DNA of 64,000 nucleotides from an uncultured Actinomycetes bacterium (GTDB lineage Bacteria > Actinomycetota > Thermoleophilia > Gaiellales > JAICJC01). The DNA is taken from NCBI GenBank assembly GCA_963843705.1, contig CAWJLQ010000010.1:489-64488 (forward strand). The letters are read 5' to 3'. The translations under genes and the position numbers were made by a program. Under the pieces are notes generated by a model. The model made no database searches. It was not told the origin of the DNA and worked only from the letters and a program-made list of their open reading frames with translations. Shown here in pieces: positions 10,879 through 20,513 of the stretch; the first letter of the stretch is position 1; each line of letters opens with the position of its first letter.

Positions 10879-12472
10879 GCGCCCGGGCGCTCGCGGGTCG
10901 GTGCGTCGGCAGGCTCGCACGCGGCGGCCGGGCCGGCGTGGGCGCCTGCCGCCCGGCGGAGGCCCTGCCGGGAATCGTCACGAGTGCGATCGCCGCCCCC
11001 GCGAGCGCGACGGCCGCCGCCGTGACCAGTCCCAGGTGCGCTCCGCTCATGAAGCCGGAGCTGGCGGCATGGGCGATGCGCGCTCCCGTGGCGCCGCCCA
11101 TCCGCTGCCCGACCTCGAGCGCGGCGCCGAGCGAGCCCCTCATCGTCTGCTCGAGCGCGGAGGGAACGTGCAGCGGTGCGACAACGGTCGCGAGGTGATG
11201 GTCGTAGCGGTTGGAGAGCAGGCTGCCGATCACGGCGACCCCGAGGGCGCCGCCCGTCTGGATGATGGTGCCGTTCGTGCCTCCGCCGACGCCCGTGTGC
11301 TCGCCGGGCACCGAGCCCATGACGGATCCCGTGGCGGACGGGATGACCAGGCCTGCGCCCACGCCGATCATCACCATGCCGAGGACGATCCCGGTGTAGG
11401 TGGTGGAGATGGTCGCACCGGAGACCTGCCACAGACCGCCCGCCACGGAGAGCATGCCGGCCGCGATCGTCAGCCGGGTGCCCAGGAACCGCACGAGCAG
11501 GCTCGAGAGCGGGGCGACGAGAGCGATCGCCCCGGCGGCCGGCAGCATCCGCACACCGGCCTGGAGCGGCGTGTAGCCGAGCTGGAACTGGAGGAACTGC
11601 GTCAGGATGAAGAGCGACCCGAAGAGGCCGAACATCGTCAGCCCGACCGACACGATCGGCGCCGAGAAGCTGCGGTCGCGGAAGAACGCCAGGCGCAGCA
11701 TCGGATGCGTCGTCGTGCCCTCCCAGCCGACGAAGGCGGCGAGAACGGCCGCGCCGCCGAGACCGGCCGCCAGCACGCGCGCGGACGTCCACCCGTGCGC
11801 GGGCGCCTCGATGATCGCGTAGAGCACGAGCCCGAGACCGGCGATCGAGAGCAGCGATCCGGCCAGGTCGGGCGGCTGCGCCGCCGGGTTCTTCGAGTCC
11901 GGCACGAAGCGCAGCGCGAGGACGAACCCGGCCGCGGCCACCGGGACGTTCACGAGGAACACCGAGCCCCACCGGAAGTGCTCGAGCAGCAGTCCGCCCA
12001 CGATCGGGCCGAGGGCGATGCCCGCCCCGCTGGTCGCCGCCCACAGCCCGATCGCCCGCTGGCGCTCGCCGGCGGCGGTGAAGGTGGTCGTGATGATCGC
12101 GAGGGTGGAGGGCATGATCAGCGCCGCGCCGACGCCCATGCTGGCCCGGGCGGCGATCAGCGAGCCCACCGAGCCCGAGAACGCGGCCCAGGTGGAGCAG
12201 GCGGCGAACGCGACCAGGCCGGCGAGGAAGGTGCGCCGGCGCCCGATCCGATCCGCCAGGCTTCCGGCCACCAGCAGAAGGCCGGCGAACACCAGCACGT
12301 AGGCGTCGACGATCCACTGCAGGTCGCTCGAGCTGGCGTGCAGCTTCTCGACCAGCGTCGGCAGGGCGACGTTCAGGACGGTGTTGTCGAGCGTGACGAT
12401 CAGAAGCGACACGCACAGCACCGCCAGCGCCGGCCAGCGCCGCACATCCGCGTGAGCAGAGACCGTTGTCAT
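10850..12472 (-). CDS. MFS transporter, DHA2 (EmrB/QacA, 14-TM) family
   Basis: MTTVSAHADVRRWPALAVLCVSLLIVTLDNTVLNVALP and LADRIGRRR. Start taken at the internal ATG of ORF 10850..12538. Confidence 0.85.
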   Translation of the reverse strand: MTTVSAHADVRRWPALAVLCVSLLIVTLDNTVLNVALPTLVEKLHASSSDLQWIVDAYVLVFAGLLLVAGSLADRIGRRRTFLAGLVAFAACSTWAAFSGSVGSLIAARASMGVGAALIMPSTLAIITTTFTAAGERQRAIGLWAATSGAGIALGPIVGGLLLEHFRWGSVFLVNVPVAAAGFVLALRFVPDSKNPAAQPPDLAGSLLSIAGLGLVLYAIIEAPAHGWTSARVLAAGLGGAAVLAAFVGWEGTTTHPMLRLAFFRDRSFSAPIVSVGLTMFGLFGSLFILTQFLQFQLGYTPLQAGVRMLPAAGAIALVAPLSSLLVRFLGTRLTIAAGMLSVAGGLWQVSGATISTTYTGIVLGMVMIGVGAGLVIPSATGSVMGSVPGEHTGVGGGTNGTIIQTGGALGVAVIGSLLSNRYDHHLATVVAPLHVPSALEQTMRGSLGAALEVGQRMGGATGARIAHAASSGFMSGAHLGLVTAAAVALAGAAIALVTIPGRASAGRQAPTPARPPRASLPTHRPASARAPTRGSRRSG

Positions 12473-12594
12473 CGCTCTCGCCCCCTCGGGCACCGGGATC
12501 GTGTGCTTCAGGATCGCTTCGCACGGCACCGGTCGCATCGGGGACGGCCCCTATGCCGCCCTCGGGATTCGCGCACCCCGCGCCGGGGTGCCGC

Positions 12595-13248
12595 TCAGCC
12601 GCGGTGGTACCAGGGCGGCGCCGCAGCGGCCGCTGCGAGCGCCGCATGCCCGTCGCCGACGACCGGCGGGCCGTGGGTGGCCAGCACGTGGTCGAACCGG
12701 TCGGCCAGGATCGGGCCGAGCGTGGGCGCGAACCGGTCGGCGTAGAAGCGCCGCCGGCGCTCGTCCACCGGCTCGTTGCACCACATGCGCAGGCCCTCGG
12801 GCGTGCCGACCACCGCATCGCCGAACGCAACCGCCGCGTGCGACTCCACCAGCACGGGCAGCTCCGCCCGCCGCGGCCTGCCGATGGCGTACGCGCGCAC
12901 CCCCTCGGGGGCGCTCGCCGGCGAGAGCTCGCGAAACGGGCCGCGGTCGCGCATCCGCCTGCCGACGTTGCGGTGCCCCCACACCGTGGCGCCCGGGTGG
13001 CGCGCGCAGACCTCCTCGGCGCTGCGCAGGTGGTAGCCGATCGTGATCAGGCAGGTGACGACGCCCTCGACGGCGCCGTCGAGCCGGTCCCAGAAGCCCG
13101 CGTCGCCCTCCGGCGCCAGGGGATCGATGAGGACGGTGCGGCCGCCGCCGACGAGGGCGTAGCAGCCCACCTCCGCGCCCCACTCGCCCGGATGCCACTC
13201 GGGATGACGCGCCGTCCACCGCCAGATGCCGTCGGCGATCCGCTCCAC
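12595..13248 (-). CDS. MBL-fold-like protein with degenerate metal motif
   Basis: 217-aa ORF with good GC3. VLIDPL...LITIGYHLRS sits where THxHxDH is expected. Confidence 0.5.
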   Translation of the reverse strand: MERIADGIWRWTARHPEWHPGEWGAEVGCYALVGGGRTVLIDPLAPEGDAGFWDRLDGAVEGVVTCLITIGYHLRSAEEVCARHPGATVWGHRNVGRRMRDRGPFRELSPASAPEGVRAYAIGRPRRAELPVLVESHAAVAFGDAVVGTPEGLRMWCNEPVDERRRRFYADRFAPTLGPILADRFDHVLATHGPPVVGDGHAALAAAAAAPPWYHRG

Positions 13249-13293
13249 GCCCCCAGCATACGCACCGGCGCGCGGGATTGGCCGCCGGCCCGG

Positions 13294-13788
13294 TCAGGGC
13301 GGATCGGCGGCCAGATCGCGCTCGTACCACGTGCCCCGCTTCCCGCCGATGTGGGCCGGGTCGGCCGGGCCGGCGGGGACGAAGCCCGCTCCCGTCAGCA
13401 CCCGCCGGGATGCCGCGTTCTCGCACGCGGTGGCGGCCCGCAGCGTGCGCAGCCCGTACCGCGTGGCTGCCAGGCGGCACAGCTCCCGGACAGTGGCGGT
13501 CGCCACACCCCGGCCGGCGATGCGCTCCGCCACGCGGTACCCGAGCTCCGCCGTGCCGTCCCCGCCGAAGATGAGGTTGAACCGGCCGACGACCGCGCCG
13601 TCGTCGTCGACGAGCACGTGGAATGCCCCGGCTCCGGCGTCCTGCTCGGCCAGGAGGGCGGCGTGCCGGTCGGCGAACTCGGCGAAGTAGGCATCGCCGC
13701 GGTCGGAGATCGAGGCGGCGAAGTAGGCCCGGTTCTCCAGCTCGAAGGCGAGCACGGCGCCGGCGTGGTCGGCTCGCAGCAGCTGCAG
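13294..13788 (-). CDS. GNAT N-acetyltransferase (RimJ/RimL-like)
   Basis: AELGYRVAERIAGRGVATATVRELC and ENAASRRVLTGAGF. No ATG/GTG near the domain start, so the start codon is uncertain (CTG 13788 used). Confidence 0.65.
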   Translation of the reverse strand: MQLLRADHAGAVLAFELENRAYFAASISDRGDAYFAEFADRHAALLAEQDAGAGAFHVLVDDDGAVVGRFNLIFGGDGTAELGYRVAERIAGRGVATATVRELCRLAATRYGLRTLRAATACENAASRRVLTGAGFVPAGPADPAHIGGKRGTWYERDLAADPP

Positions 13789-13804
13789 ATCGAGGCCGGG
13801 ACGG

Positions 13805-14449
13805 CTACTCGTCGTCGTCCCAGACGGCCATCGCCACCGGCACCGTGCCGGGCTTGACGGGCTCGTCGCGGACGGCGCGGCGGGCGCTGCGAAGGGCGGA
13901 ACCGGCCCGCTCCACCAGCTCCTCGAACGACTCGGCATGGGCGGGGCAGGCGGCGATGCCGACCGCCGCCTGGGGCGTGGAGCCGCCCTCGGTGCGGGCG
14001 CGGGCGATCGCGCGCAGCACGCGCTCCGACGCGACCGACGCCGACCGGCTGTCGGTCTCCGGCATGATCACCCCGAACTCGGTTGTCCCGACCCGGCAGG
14101 CGACGTCCAGTGCGCGGACGCTGCCCCCGATCGCGGCGCCCAGCGTGCGCATCGAGGTCTCCACCTCGTCGACGGCGACGTCGTCCACGCTCGCGAGCGC
14201 GAGCGCCACCGGCCGGTCGTACGCGCGCGAGCGCTCGATCTCGCGCGTCAGCGCCTCGACGAAGAAGCGGCTGTTGTAGAGGCCGGTGTGGTCGTCGCGG
14301 CGCTCGAGCAGCGATGCCTCGGTGCGGGCGAGGGCGAGCTCGTCGGCGAGGCCGTGCGCGCGCCGGTGCTCACGCACCGCCACGAGGGTGGTCGCGATGA
14401 GTGCTCCCACGGTGAGGACGAGTATGGGGAGGGCGATCGCGAGGGTCAC
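13805..14449 (-). CDS. Membrane-anchored GGDEF-domain protein with degenerate active site (GTTEF) and intact RxxD I-site
   Basis: N-terminal TM, DHTGLYNSRFF, RALDVACRVGTTEFGVIM. The GTG start overlaps the upstream stop (GTGA). Confidence 0.8.
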   Translation of the reverse strand: MTLAIALPILVLTVGALIATTLVAVREHRRAHGLADELALARTEASLLERRDDHTGLYNSRFFVEALTREIERSRAYDRPVALALASVDDVAVDEVETSMRTLGAAIGGSVRALDVACRVGTTEFGVIMPETDSRSASVASERVLRAIARARTEGGSTPQAAVGIAACPAHAESFEELVERAGSALRSARRAVRDEPVKPGTVPVAMAVWDDDE

Positions 14450-14760
14450 AACCTGGTCCTCTCGTTATCGCGCGAAGAGCGGCGCGCGTCAAGCCGCCGA
14501 TGCCGTTCCGGCTTGCGCCGGATCTCGGTGCCGAAGAGCTCCGCCGGGCGCAGCTGCTCGCCGCAGTCCGCGCACGTGAGCGCCATGAGCGAGCGGATGC
14601 CGCCGCCGCAGCTCGGGCACGCCGTGATCACCTCGCCGCCGCAGTCGGGACACTCGCGCGGGAGTGCGTCCGAGTTGGGCGCCATGAACCGCCGCCCCCA
14701 CCCGCACCGCAGGCAGAACCCGCACCGGTCCCCGAGCTCGCGGCTGCGGTCGTATCCCAT
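14446..14760 (-). CDS. Double zinc-ribbon protein
   Basis: 104 aa from ATG 14760. Cys pairs CGFCLRC, CPDC and CPSC...CADC. Confidence 0.6.
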   Translation of the reverse strand: MGYDRSRELGDRCGFCLRCGWGRRFMAPNSDALPRECPDCGGEVITACPSCGGGIRSLMALTCADCGEQLRPAELFGTEIRRKPERHRRLDARRSSRDNERTRL

Positions 14761-14878
14761 CGCTCGATTCTTGCACACGAGCCTCCGCGCCGACCGAACG
14801 CCCGGCGCCCGGGTGCGCGGGCGTGCCGCGATCGGGTGATGTGGCGCGTCGCGACCACCCGATACACTGCGTCGAAGC

Positions 14879-15925
14879 ATGGCGGTAGCCCGTGAAGCCA
14901 CGCCGGTTGCCTCGGCGGCGGACATCAAGCAGGCGGACCTCGACCGTGAGGACCTCCTCACCATCTACCGCAACATGCTGATCACCCGCGGCATCGAGGA
15001 GCGCGGGCACATCCTCTACCGCCAGGGCAAGATCCCGGGGAGCTTCTACACGGGGCGCGGCAACGAGGGCGCCTCGGTGGGGGTCGCGACGGCCATGCGC
15101 GCCGACGACGTCGGCACGCCGATCCAGCGCGACATGGGCGTGCACGTCGCCCGCGGCACCGAGCCGTGGCGGATCTTCGCCCAGTACATGGGCCGCGCCG
15201 ACGGGCTGGCCGCGGGCAAGGACGGGAACGTCCACATGGCCGACTTCCGGCTCGGCCTGATCGCGATGGTCAGCCACCTGCCGGCGCTGATGCCGGTGGC
15301 CGTGGGCTGCGCGCTCGCGTTCAAGATCCGCGCCGAGCACCGCGTGGCCGTGGCGTGGAGCGGCGACGGCGCGATGGCCCGCGGCGACGCCCACGAGGCG
15401 ATGAACCTGGCCGGCGTGCACAAGCTGCCCGTCGTCTTCATCTGCGACAACAACCAGTACGCGTACTCGACCCCGAACCGGTCGGAGTTCGCGGTCGACC
15501 ACCTCGCCGACCGCGCCGCCGCCTACGGCTTCGAGGGCGTGGTCTGCGACGGCACCGATGTCCTCACCGTCTACCGCGAGGCGCACGCGGCCATCGAGCG
15601 CGCCCGCGCCGGCGGCGGCCCCACGCTGCTCGAGCTGGTGACCCTGCGGATGGAGGGCCACGCCGTCCACGACGACGCCTTCTACGTGCCCCGCGAGCTG
15701 CTCGAGGCGTATGCGAAGAAGGACCCGATCGAGCGCTACCGGAGGTGGCTGAAGGAGCAGGGCGTGCTCGACGAGGTGCGCGACGACGAGATCAACGTCG
15801 AGGTCAAGCGGCTCCTGAACGAGGCGATGAAGCGGGCCGAGGAGAGCCCGATGCCCGAGCCGGACACGCTCGCGGCCGGCGTCTACGCGGAGCCCGACGA
15901 GCTGGACACCCCCCACCACCGATAG
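14879..15925 (+). CDS. 2-oxoacid dehydrogenase E1 component alpha subunit (TPP-dependent, PDH/BCKDH family)
   Basis: GKIPGSFYTGRGNEG, SGDGAMARGDAHEAMNLAG, VVFICDNNQYA. Confidence 0.92.
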   Translation: MAVAREATPVASAADIKQADLDREDLLTIYRNMLITRGIEERGHILYRQGKIPGSFYTGRGNEGASVGVATAMRADDVGTPIQRDMGVHVARGTEPWRIFAQYMGRADGLAAGKDGNVHMADFRLGLIAMVSHLPALMPVAVGCALAFKIRAEHRVAVAWSGDGAMARGDAHEAMNLAGVHKLPVVFICDNNQYAYSTPNRSEFAVDHLADRAAAYGFEGVVCDGTDVLTVYREAHAAIERARAGGGPTLLELVTLRMEGHAVHDDAFYVPRELLEAYAKKDPIERYRRWLKEQGVLDEVRDDEINVEVKRLLNEAMKRAEESPMPEPDTLAAGVYAEPDELDTPHHR

Positions 15926-15934
15926 CGAGGCCCA

Positions 15935-16912
15935 GTGGCGACGAAGACCTACCTGCAGGCGATCTCCGACGGGCTCCGCGAGGAGATGCGGCGCGACTCG
16001 CGCGTCTTTTTGATCGGCGAGGACATCGCCGTCTACGGCGGGGCGTTCAAGGTCACACAGGGCTTCCTGCAGGAGTTCGGCGAGGATCGCGTGATCGACT
16101 CGCCGCTCTCCGAGACCGCGATCGTGGGCTCCTGCACGGGGGCGGCGCTGATGGGCATGCGGCCGGTGTGCGAGATGCAGTTCTCCGACTTCGTCTCGTG
16201 CGCGTTCGACCAGCTCGTCACCGTCGCCGCCAAGCAGCACTACCGCGTCGGCACGCCGGTGCCGATGGTGGTGCGGCTGCCGTCCGGCGGCGGCTTCTCG
16301 GGCGGCCCGTTCCACTCCCAGAACCCGGAGGGCTTCTTCGCGCACTGCCCGGGGCTCAAGATCGCCTGCCCGGCCACGCCGGCCGACGCCAAGGGCCTCC
16401 TGATCCAGGCCATCCGCGACCCCAACCCGGTGCTCTACTTCGAGCACAAGCACCTGTACCGCCGCATCAAGGGCGAGGTGCCGGAGGGTGAGCACACGGT
16501 CGAGTTCGGCCGCGCCCGCACGCACCGCGCGGGCACCGACCTGACTATCGTGACCTACGGCGCGATGGTGTACACCGCCGAGGAGGCCGCCGACGCGGTC
16601 GCCGAGAAGGACGGCACCTCGGTCGAGATCGTCGACCTGCGCACGGTCACGCCGTGGGACAAGCAGGCGGTGCTGGAGTCGGTGGCGAAGACCGCAAAGG
16701 TGATCGTGCTGCACGAGGACACCCATACGTCAGGCTTCGGGGCCGAGATCGCCGCCACGATCGCCGAGGAGGCGTTCGAGCTCCTGGACGGCCCCGTCGT
16801 CCGCGTCACCGCGCCCGACACACCGGTACCGTTCTCGCCGCCGCTCGAGAAGGCATACCTGCCCCAGGTGGCCGACGTGGCCGCCGCGATCGAGAAGCTG
16901 TCCGCGTATTAG
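15935..16912 (+). CDS. 2-oxoacid dehydrogenase E1 component beta subunit
   Basis: FLIGEDIAVYGGAFKVT, DSPLSETAIVG, EMQFSDF. Confidence 0.93.
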   Translation: MATKTYLQAISDGLREEMRRDSRVFLIGEDIAVYGGAFKVTQGFLQEFGEDRVIDSPLSETAIVGSCTGAALMGMRPVCEMQFSDFVSCAFDQLVTVAAKQHYRVGTPVPMVVRLPSGGGFSGGPFHSQNPEGFFAHCPGLKIACPATPADAKGLLIQAIRDPNPVLYFEHKHLYRRIKGEVPEGEHTVEFGRARTHRAGTDLTIVTYGAMVYTAEEAADAVAEKDGTSVEIVDLRTVTPWDKQAVLESVAKTAKVIVLHEDTHTSGFGAEIAATIAEEAFELLDGPVVRVTAPDTPVPFSPPLEKAYLPQVADVAAAIEKLSAY

Positions 16913-16927
16913 GAGGAGCTGACCCCC

Positions 16928-18376
16928 ATGGCTACTGGAACGCTCGTCGAGGTCGTCATGCCCCAGATGGGCGTGAGCGTCTCCGAGGGAACGATCACAC
17001 GCTGGACGAAGGCCGTCGGCGAGGCGATCGAGGCCGACGAGACGATCGTCGAGATCTCGACCGACAAGGTCGACACCGAGGTTCCGTCACCGGCCACGGG
17101 CGTGGTGCGCGAGCTCTTCGCCGGCGAGGGCGACACGGTGCCGGTGAACACGAAGATCGCCGTCATCGACACCGGCGGCGGCTCCGCCCCCGAGCCGGAG
17201 TCCGAGTCCGAGGGTGGTGGAGATGGAGCAGTGTCGGTGCCAGGCACCGGCGATAGCGCGAGTGAAAGCGGCGGCGAGGTCGCGGCTTCCGTGCCGGCCG
17301 GCGGCGACGAGGGACCGGTGCCCGGCACCCGCTCTGGGAGTGGCAATGGCGATGCCAACGGGCGGACGTTCGTGAGCCCGGTCGTGGCGCGCATGGTGGC
17401 CGAGCACGGCCTGGACATCGACCGCATTCCCGGCACCGGCCGCGGCGGCCGTGTGACGAAGAAGGACGTGCAGCAGTTCATCGAGTCGGGCGCGGCGGCT
17501 GCGCCCGCCCAGCCCGAGGTGCACGACGTGCCCCACTTCGCGCCGCCGCCCGAGGCGCCCGAGACCGCAGCCCCGGCGGCGCCGGCACCCGCTCCCCCGG
17601 CCGCGCCGGCGGAGCGCACCGTCGAGGTGGTCGCGGCAGGCGCGGCCGGCCCCGGCGAGGAGCTCTACCGCTTCAACACGATCCGCAAGGTGATCGCCCG
17701 GCACATGCGCCAATCGCTCGAGACGGCTGCCCAGGTGACGACGGTGATCGAGGTCGACATGACGGGCGTCGTCAACCTGCGCAAGAAGTGGAAGCCGGAG
17801 TACCAGCGCCGGTACGGCGTCAACCTGACCTACGTCCCGTTCGTCGCCCGCGCCACCATCGACGCCATCGGCCGCTGGCCGTGGGTGAACGCCGAGGTGA
17901 TGGAGGGGGGCGAGTCCGCCCTCGTGAAGCGGTACGTGAACCTGGGCATGGCGGTCGCCGTCGACGACGCCAAGGGCCTGATGGTGCCGGTGATCCACCA
18001 GGCCGAGGAGAAGAACCTCGTCGGCCTGTCGCGGTCCGTCATCGAGCTGGCGGACAAGGCGCGGACGAAGACTCTCACGAACGACGAGATGAGCGGCGCC
18101 ACGTTCACGATCACGAACCCGGGCGTCTTCGGCGCGCTGATCGGCACCCCGATCATCCCCGAGGGCCAGGTCGCGATCCTGGACGTGGAGGCGATCGTGA
18201 AGCGGCCGATGGTGGTCGCCGACGAGCACGGCAACGACGCGATCGCGATCCGGCACATGATGTTCCTGTGCCTCTCCTACGACCACCGGCTGGTCGACGG
18301 GGCCTACGCCGCCCAGTTCATGGCCCAGGTGAAGCAGAACCTGGAGTCCTGGGACGAGCACGCCTTCGGGCTCTAG
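16928..18376 (+). CDS. Dihydrolipoamide acyltransferase E2 (lipoyl domain + PSBD + catalytic domain)
   Basis: EISTDKVDTEVPSP lipoyl-Lys motif, Ala/Pro linkers, SPVVARMVAEHGLD, DHRLVDGA. SD AGGAGG upstream. Confidence 0.93.
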   Translation: MATGTLVEVVMPQMGVSVSEGTITRWTKAVGEAIEADETIVEISTDKVDTEVPSPATGVVRELFAGEGDTVPVNTKIAVIDTGGGSAPEPESESEGGGDGAVSVPGTGDSASESGGEVAASVPAGGDEGPVPGTRSGSGNGDANGRTFVSPVVARMVAEHGLDIDRIPGTGRGGRVTKKDVQQFIESGAAAAPAQPEVHDVPHFAPPPEAPETAAPAAPAPAPPAAPAERTVEVVAAGAAGPGEELYRFNTIRKVIARHMRQSLETAAQVTTVIEVDMTGVVNLRKKWKPEYQRRYGVNLTYVPFVARATIDAIGRWPWVNAEVMEGGESALVKRYVNLGMAVAVDDAKGLMVPVIHQAEEKNLVGLSRSVIELADKARTKTLTNDEMSGATFTITNPGVFGALIGTPIIPEGQVAILDVEAIVKRPMVVADEHGNDAIAIRHMMFLCLSYDHRLVDGAYAAQFMAQVKQNLESWDEHAFGL

Positions 18377-19066
18377 ATGGCCGAGGGCGCGTACCTGTAC
18401 GACCTGCGCGGCCTGACGCCGTACCGGAAGGCGCTTGCGCTGCAGCAGGAGCTGGCCGCGGCGCGCTCGCAGCAGGCCATCCCCGACACCGTGATCGTGC
18501 TCGAGCACGAGCCGGTGATCACGCTCGGGTCGCGGGCGGTGCGCGCCGAGGAGCTGCCGCTCGCCGACGACGTCTACGCCGAGCGCGGGATCGAGATCGT
18601 CGAGGTGCCGCGCGGCGGGCGCTCGACCTACCACGGCCCCGGGCAGCTGGTCTGCTACCCCATCCTCGACCTCACCGGGCGCGGGCGCGACCTGCGCCGG
18701 CACGTGCGCGGCCTGGAGGCGGCCGTCGTCGCCACGCTGGCCGAGCTCGGCGTCGAGGGCCGCGCGCTCGAGGAGCCGCACCAGAGCGGCGTGTGGGTGG
18801 ACGACCGCAAGATCGCGTCAATTGGCGTTCGCTGCGCGCGCTGGGTGACGAGCCACGGCCTGGCCGTCAACGTCGACCTCGACCTCGGCGTCTACGACCT
18901 CTTCGACGCATGCGGGCTCGGGAACGCGCGCTTCACGTCGATCGCGGCGGAGACCGGGCGGCCGGTGACGACCGACGACGTGCGCGGGCCGCTCCTGCGC
19001 GCGATCGGCGAGGCATTCGAGCTCGAGCTCGACCCGCTGCCGGAGACGGCCGATGCCGTGGTCTGA
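18377..19066 (+). CDS. lipB: Octanoyltransferase LipB
   Basis: RGGRSTYHGPGQLVCYPILDL and KIASIGVRCARWVTSHG. The ATG directly follows the E2 stop. Confidence 0.9.
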   Translation: MAEGAYLYDLRGLTPYRKALALQQELAAARSQQAIPDTVIVLEHEPVITLGSRAVRAEELPLADDVYAERGIEIVEVPRGGRSTYHGPGQLVCYPILDLTGRGRDLRRHVRGLEAAVVATLAELGVEGRALEEPHQSGVWVDDRKIASIGVRCARWVTSHGLAVNVDLDLGVYDLFDACGLGNARFTSIAAETGRPVTTDDVRGPLLRAIGEAFELELDPLPETADAVV

Positions 19067-19979
19067 CCTGCAGAAGCAGCGGCCGGAGTGGATGACGGTG
19101 CGGGCACCGTCGGCGAACGGTCGGTTCCACGAGCTGCGCGGGCTGATGCGGGCCGGCGGCCTGCACACGGTCTGCGAGGAGGCCCGCTGCCCGAACATCG
19201 GCGAGTGCTGGGGCCGGGGCACGGCGACCTTCCAGATCATGGGCGACGTCTGCACGCGCGCCTGCCGCTACTGCGCCGTCACCTCCGGGAGGCCGCCGTC
19301 GGAGCCCGAGCCGCTCGAGCCGCTGCGGGTCGCCCGCGCGGTCGAGCGGATGGGCCTGCGTCACGTGGTGATCACCTCGGTCGATCGCGACGACCTGCCC
19401 GACCGCGGCGCCGGGCACTTCGCCGCCACCATCCGGGCCATCCGCCGCGCGAGCCCCGAGTGCGGAGTCGAGGTGCTCGTCCCCGACTTCCTCGGCTTCC
19501 GCGAGGAGGCGCTGCGAGTGGTGCTCGCGGCGGCGCCCGACGTCTTCAACCACAACATCGAGACGGCCGAGCACCTGTACCGGCGCGTGCGGCCGAAGGG
19601 CGACTACCGAAAGGCGCTCGACCTGCTCGACCGGGCGAAGGACGTGTGGGCCGCGCTGCAGCCGGCCCGGCCGCCGCTCATGACCAAGTCGGGCATCATC
19701 GTCGGCATGGGCGAGAGCGACGAGGACGTGCTGGCGGTGATGCGCGACCTGCGCGCGCACCGCGTCGACGTGGTCACGATCGGCCAGTACCTGCAGCCGA
19801 CCGAGCGCCACCTGCCGCTCGACCGCTGGGTCACGCCGGAGCAGTTCCGCGGGTACCGCGAGGCGGGCGAGGCGATGGGCTTCGGGACGGTGTTCGCCGG
19901 CCCGCTGGTGCGGTCGAGCTACCGGGCCGAGGAGCAGCGGCTGGCCGCAGAGGGCGGATCGCGCGCCGTCGCGCACTGA
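19053..19979 (+). CDS. lipA: Lipoyl synthase LipA (radical SAM)
   Basis: CEEARCPNIGECW and CTRACRYCAV cluster motifs. Confidence 0.95.
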   Translation: MPWSDLQKQRPEWMTVRAPSANGRFHELRGLMRAGGLHTVCEEARCPNIGECWGRGTATFQIMGDVCTRACRYCAVTSGRPPSEPEPLEPLRVARAVERMGLRHVVITSVDRDDLPDRGAGHFAATIRAIRRASPECGVEVLVPDFLGFREEALRVVLAAAPDVFNHNIETAEHLYRRVRPKGDYRKALDLLDRAKDVWAALQPARPPLMTKSGIIVGMGESDEDVLAVMRDLRAHRVDVVTIGQYLQPTERHLPLDRWVTPEQFRGYREAGEAMGFGTVFAGPLVRSSYRAEEQRLAAEGGSRAVAH

Positions 19980-20428
19980 CGACCGCGATCCGGCCGGCCC
20001 GGCCGGACGATGCTGCGGCTCTCCACGCGCTCGCCCTCGCGTCGAAGGGGATCTGGGGCTACGCACCCGAGAGGATCCGCGCGTGGGGGGAGACGCTCGA
20101 CATCGCCGCCGCGCTGGCTGACGAGGGCGAGGCCGTCGTCGCCGAGATCGACGGTCGCATCGCCGGTTGGGCGCGGGTGCTCGCGCCGCGCGACGGCGTC
20201 TCGGTGCTCGACCACCTCTGGGTGGAGCCCGGCTCGATGCGAATGGGAGTGGGCTCCGCGCTCTTCCGGTACGCGGCGGGGTCGGCGCTCGCGATGGGCG
20301 CGCGGACGATGGAGTGGGAGGCCGAGCCGAACGCGGCCGGCTTCTACGCCAGGATGCGCGGGCGGGTCGTGCGAGCGACGACATCCGAGTGGGGACGAAC
20401 GCTCGACGTCATGGCCGTCGACCTGTGA
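19976..20428 (+). CDS. GNAT acetyltransferase
   Basis: C-terminal 150 aa of ORF 19088..20428 (IRPARPDDAAAL...LWVEPGSMRMGVGSALF). No ATG/GTG nearby; CTG 19976 overlaps the lipA TGA, so the start is uncertain. Confidence 0.6.
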   Translation: MTTAIRPARPDDAAALHALALASKGIWGYAPERIRAWGETLDIAAALADEGEAVVAEIDGRIAGWARVLAPRDGVSVLDHLWVEPGSMRMGVGSALFRYAAGSALAMGARTMEWEAEPNAAGFYARMRGRVVRATTSEWGRTLDVMAVDL

Positions 20429-20461
20429 CGAACGTGCCACGCCGGTGTGATGGCCGGCGTT

Positions 20462-20513
20462 CGGGGTCAGACCCCGGGTTGGGGCCTGGCCCCGTCCGGC
20501 GGGGCCAGGCCCC
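20462..20513. repeat. Tandem array of three GC palindromes (CGGGGTCAGACCCCG, GGGGCCTGGCCCC, GGGGCCAGGCCCC) at a convergent gene junction
   Basis: Read directly. The same 13-15-mers recur at 7184, 45962, 52570 and 57625. Likely bidirectional terminators. Confidence 0.6.
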
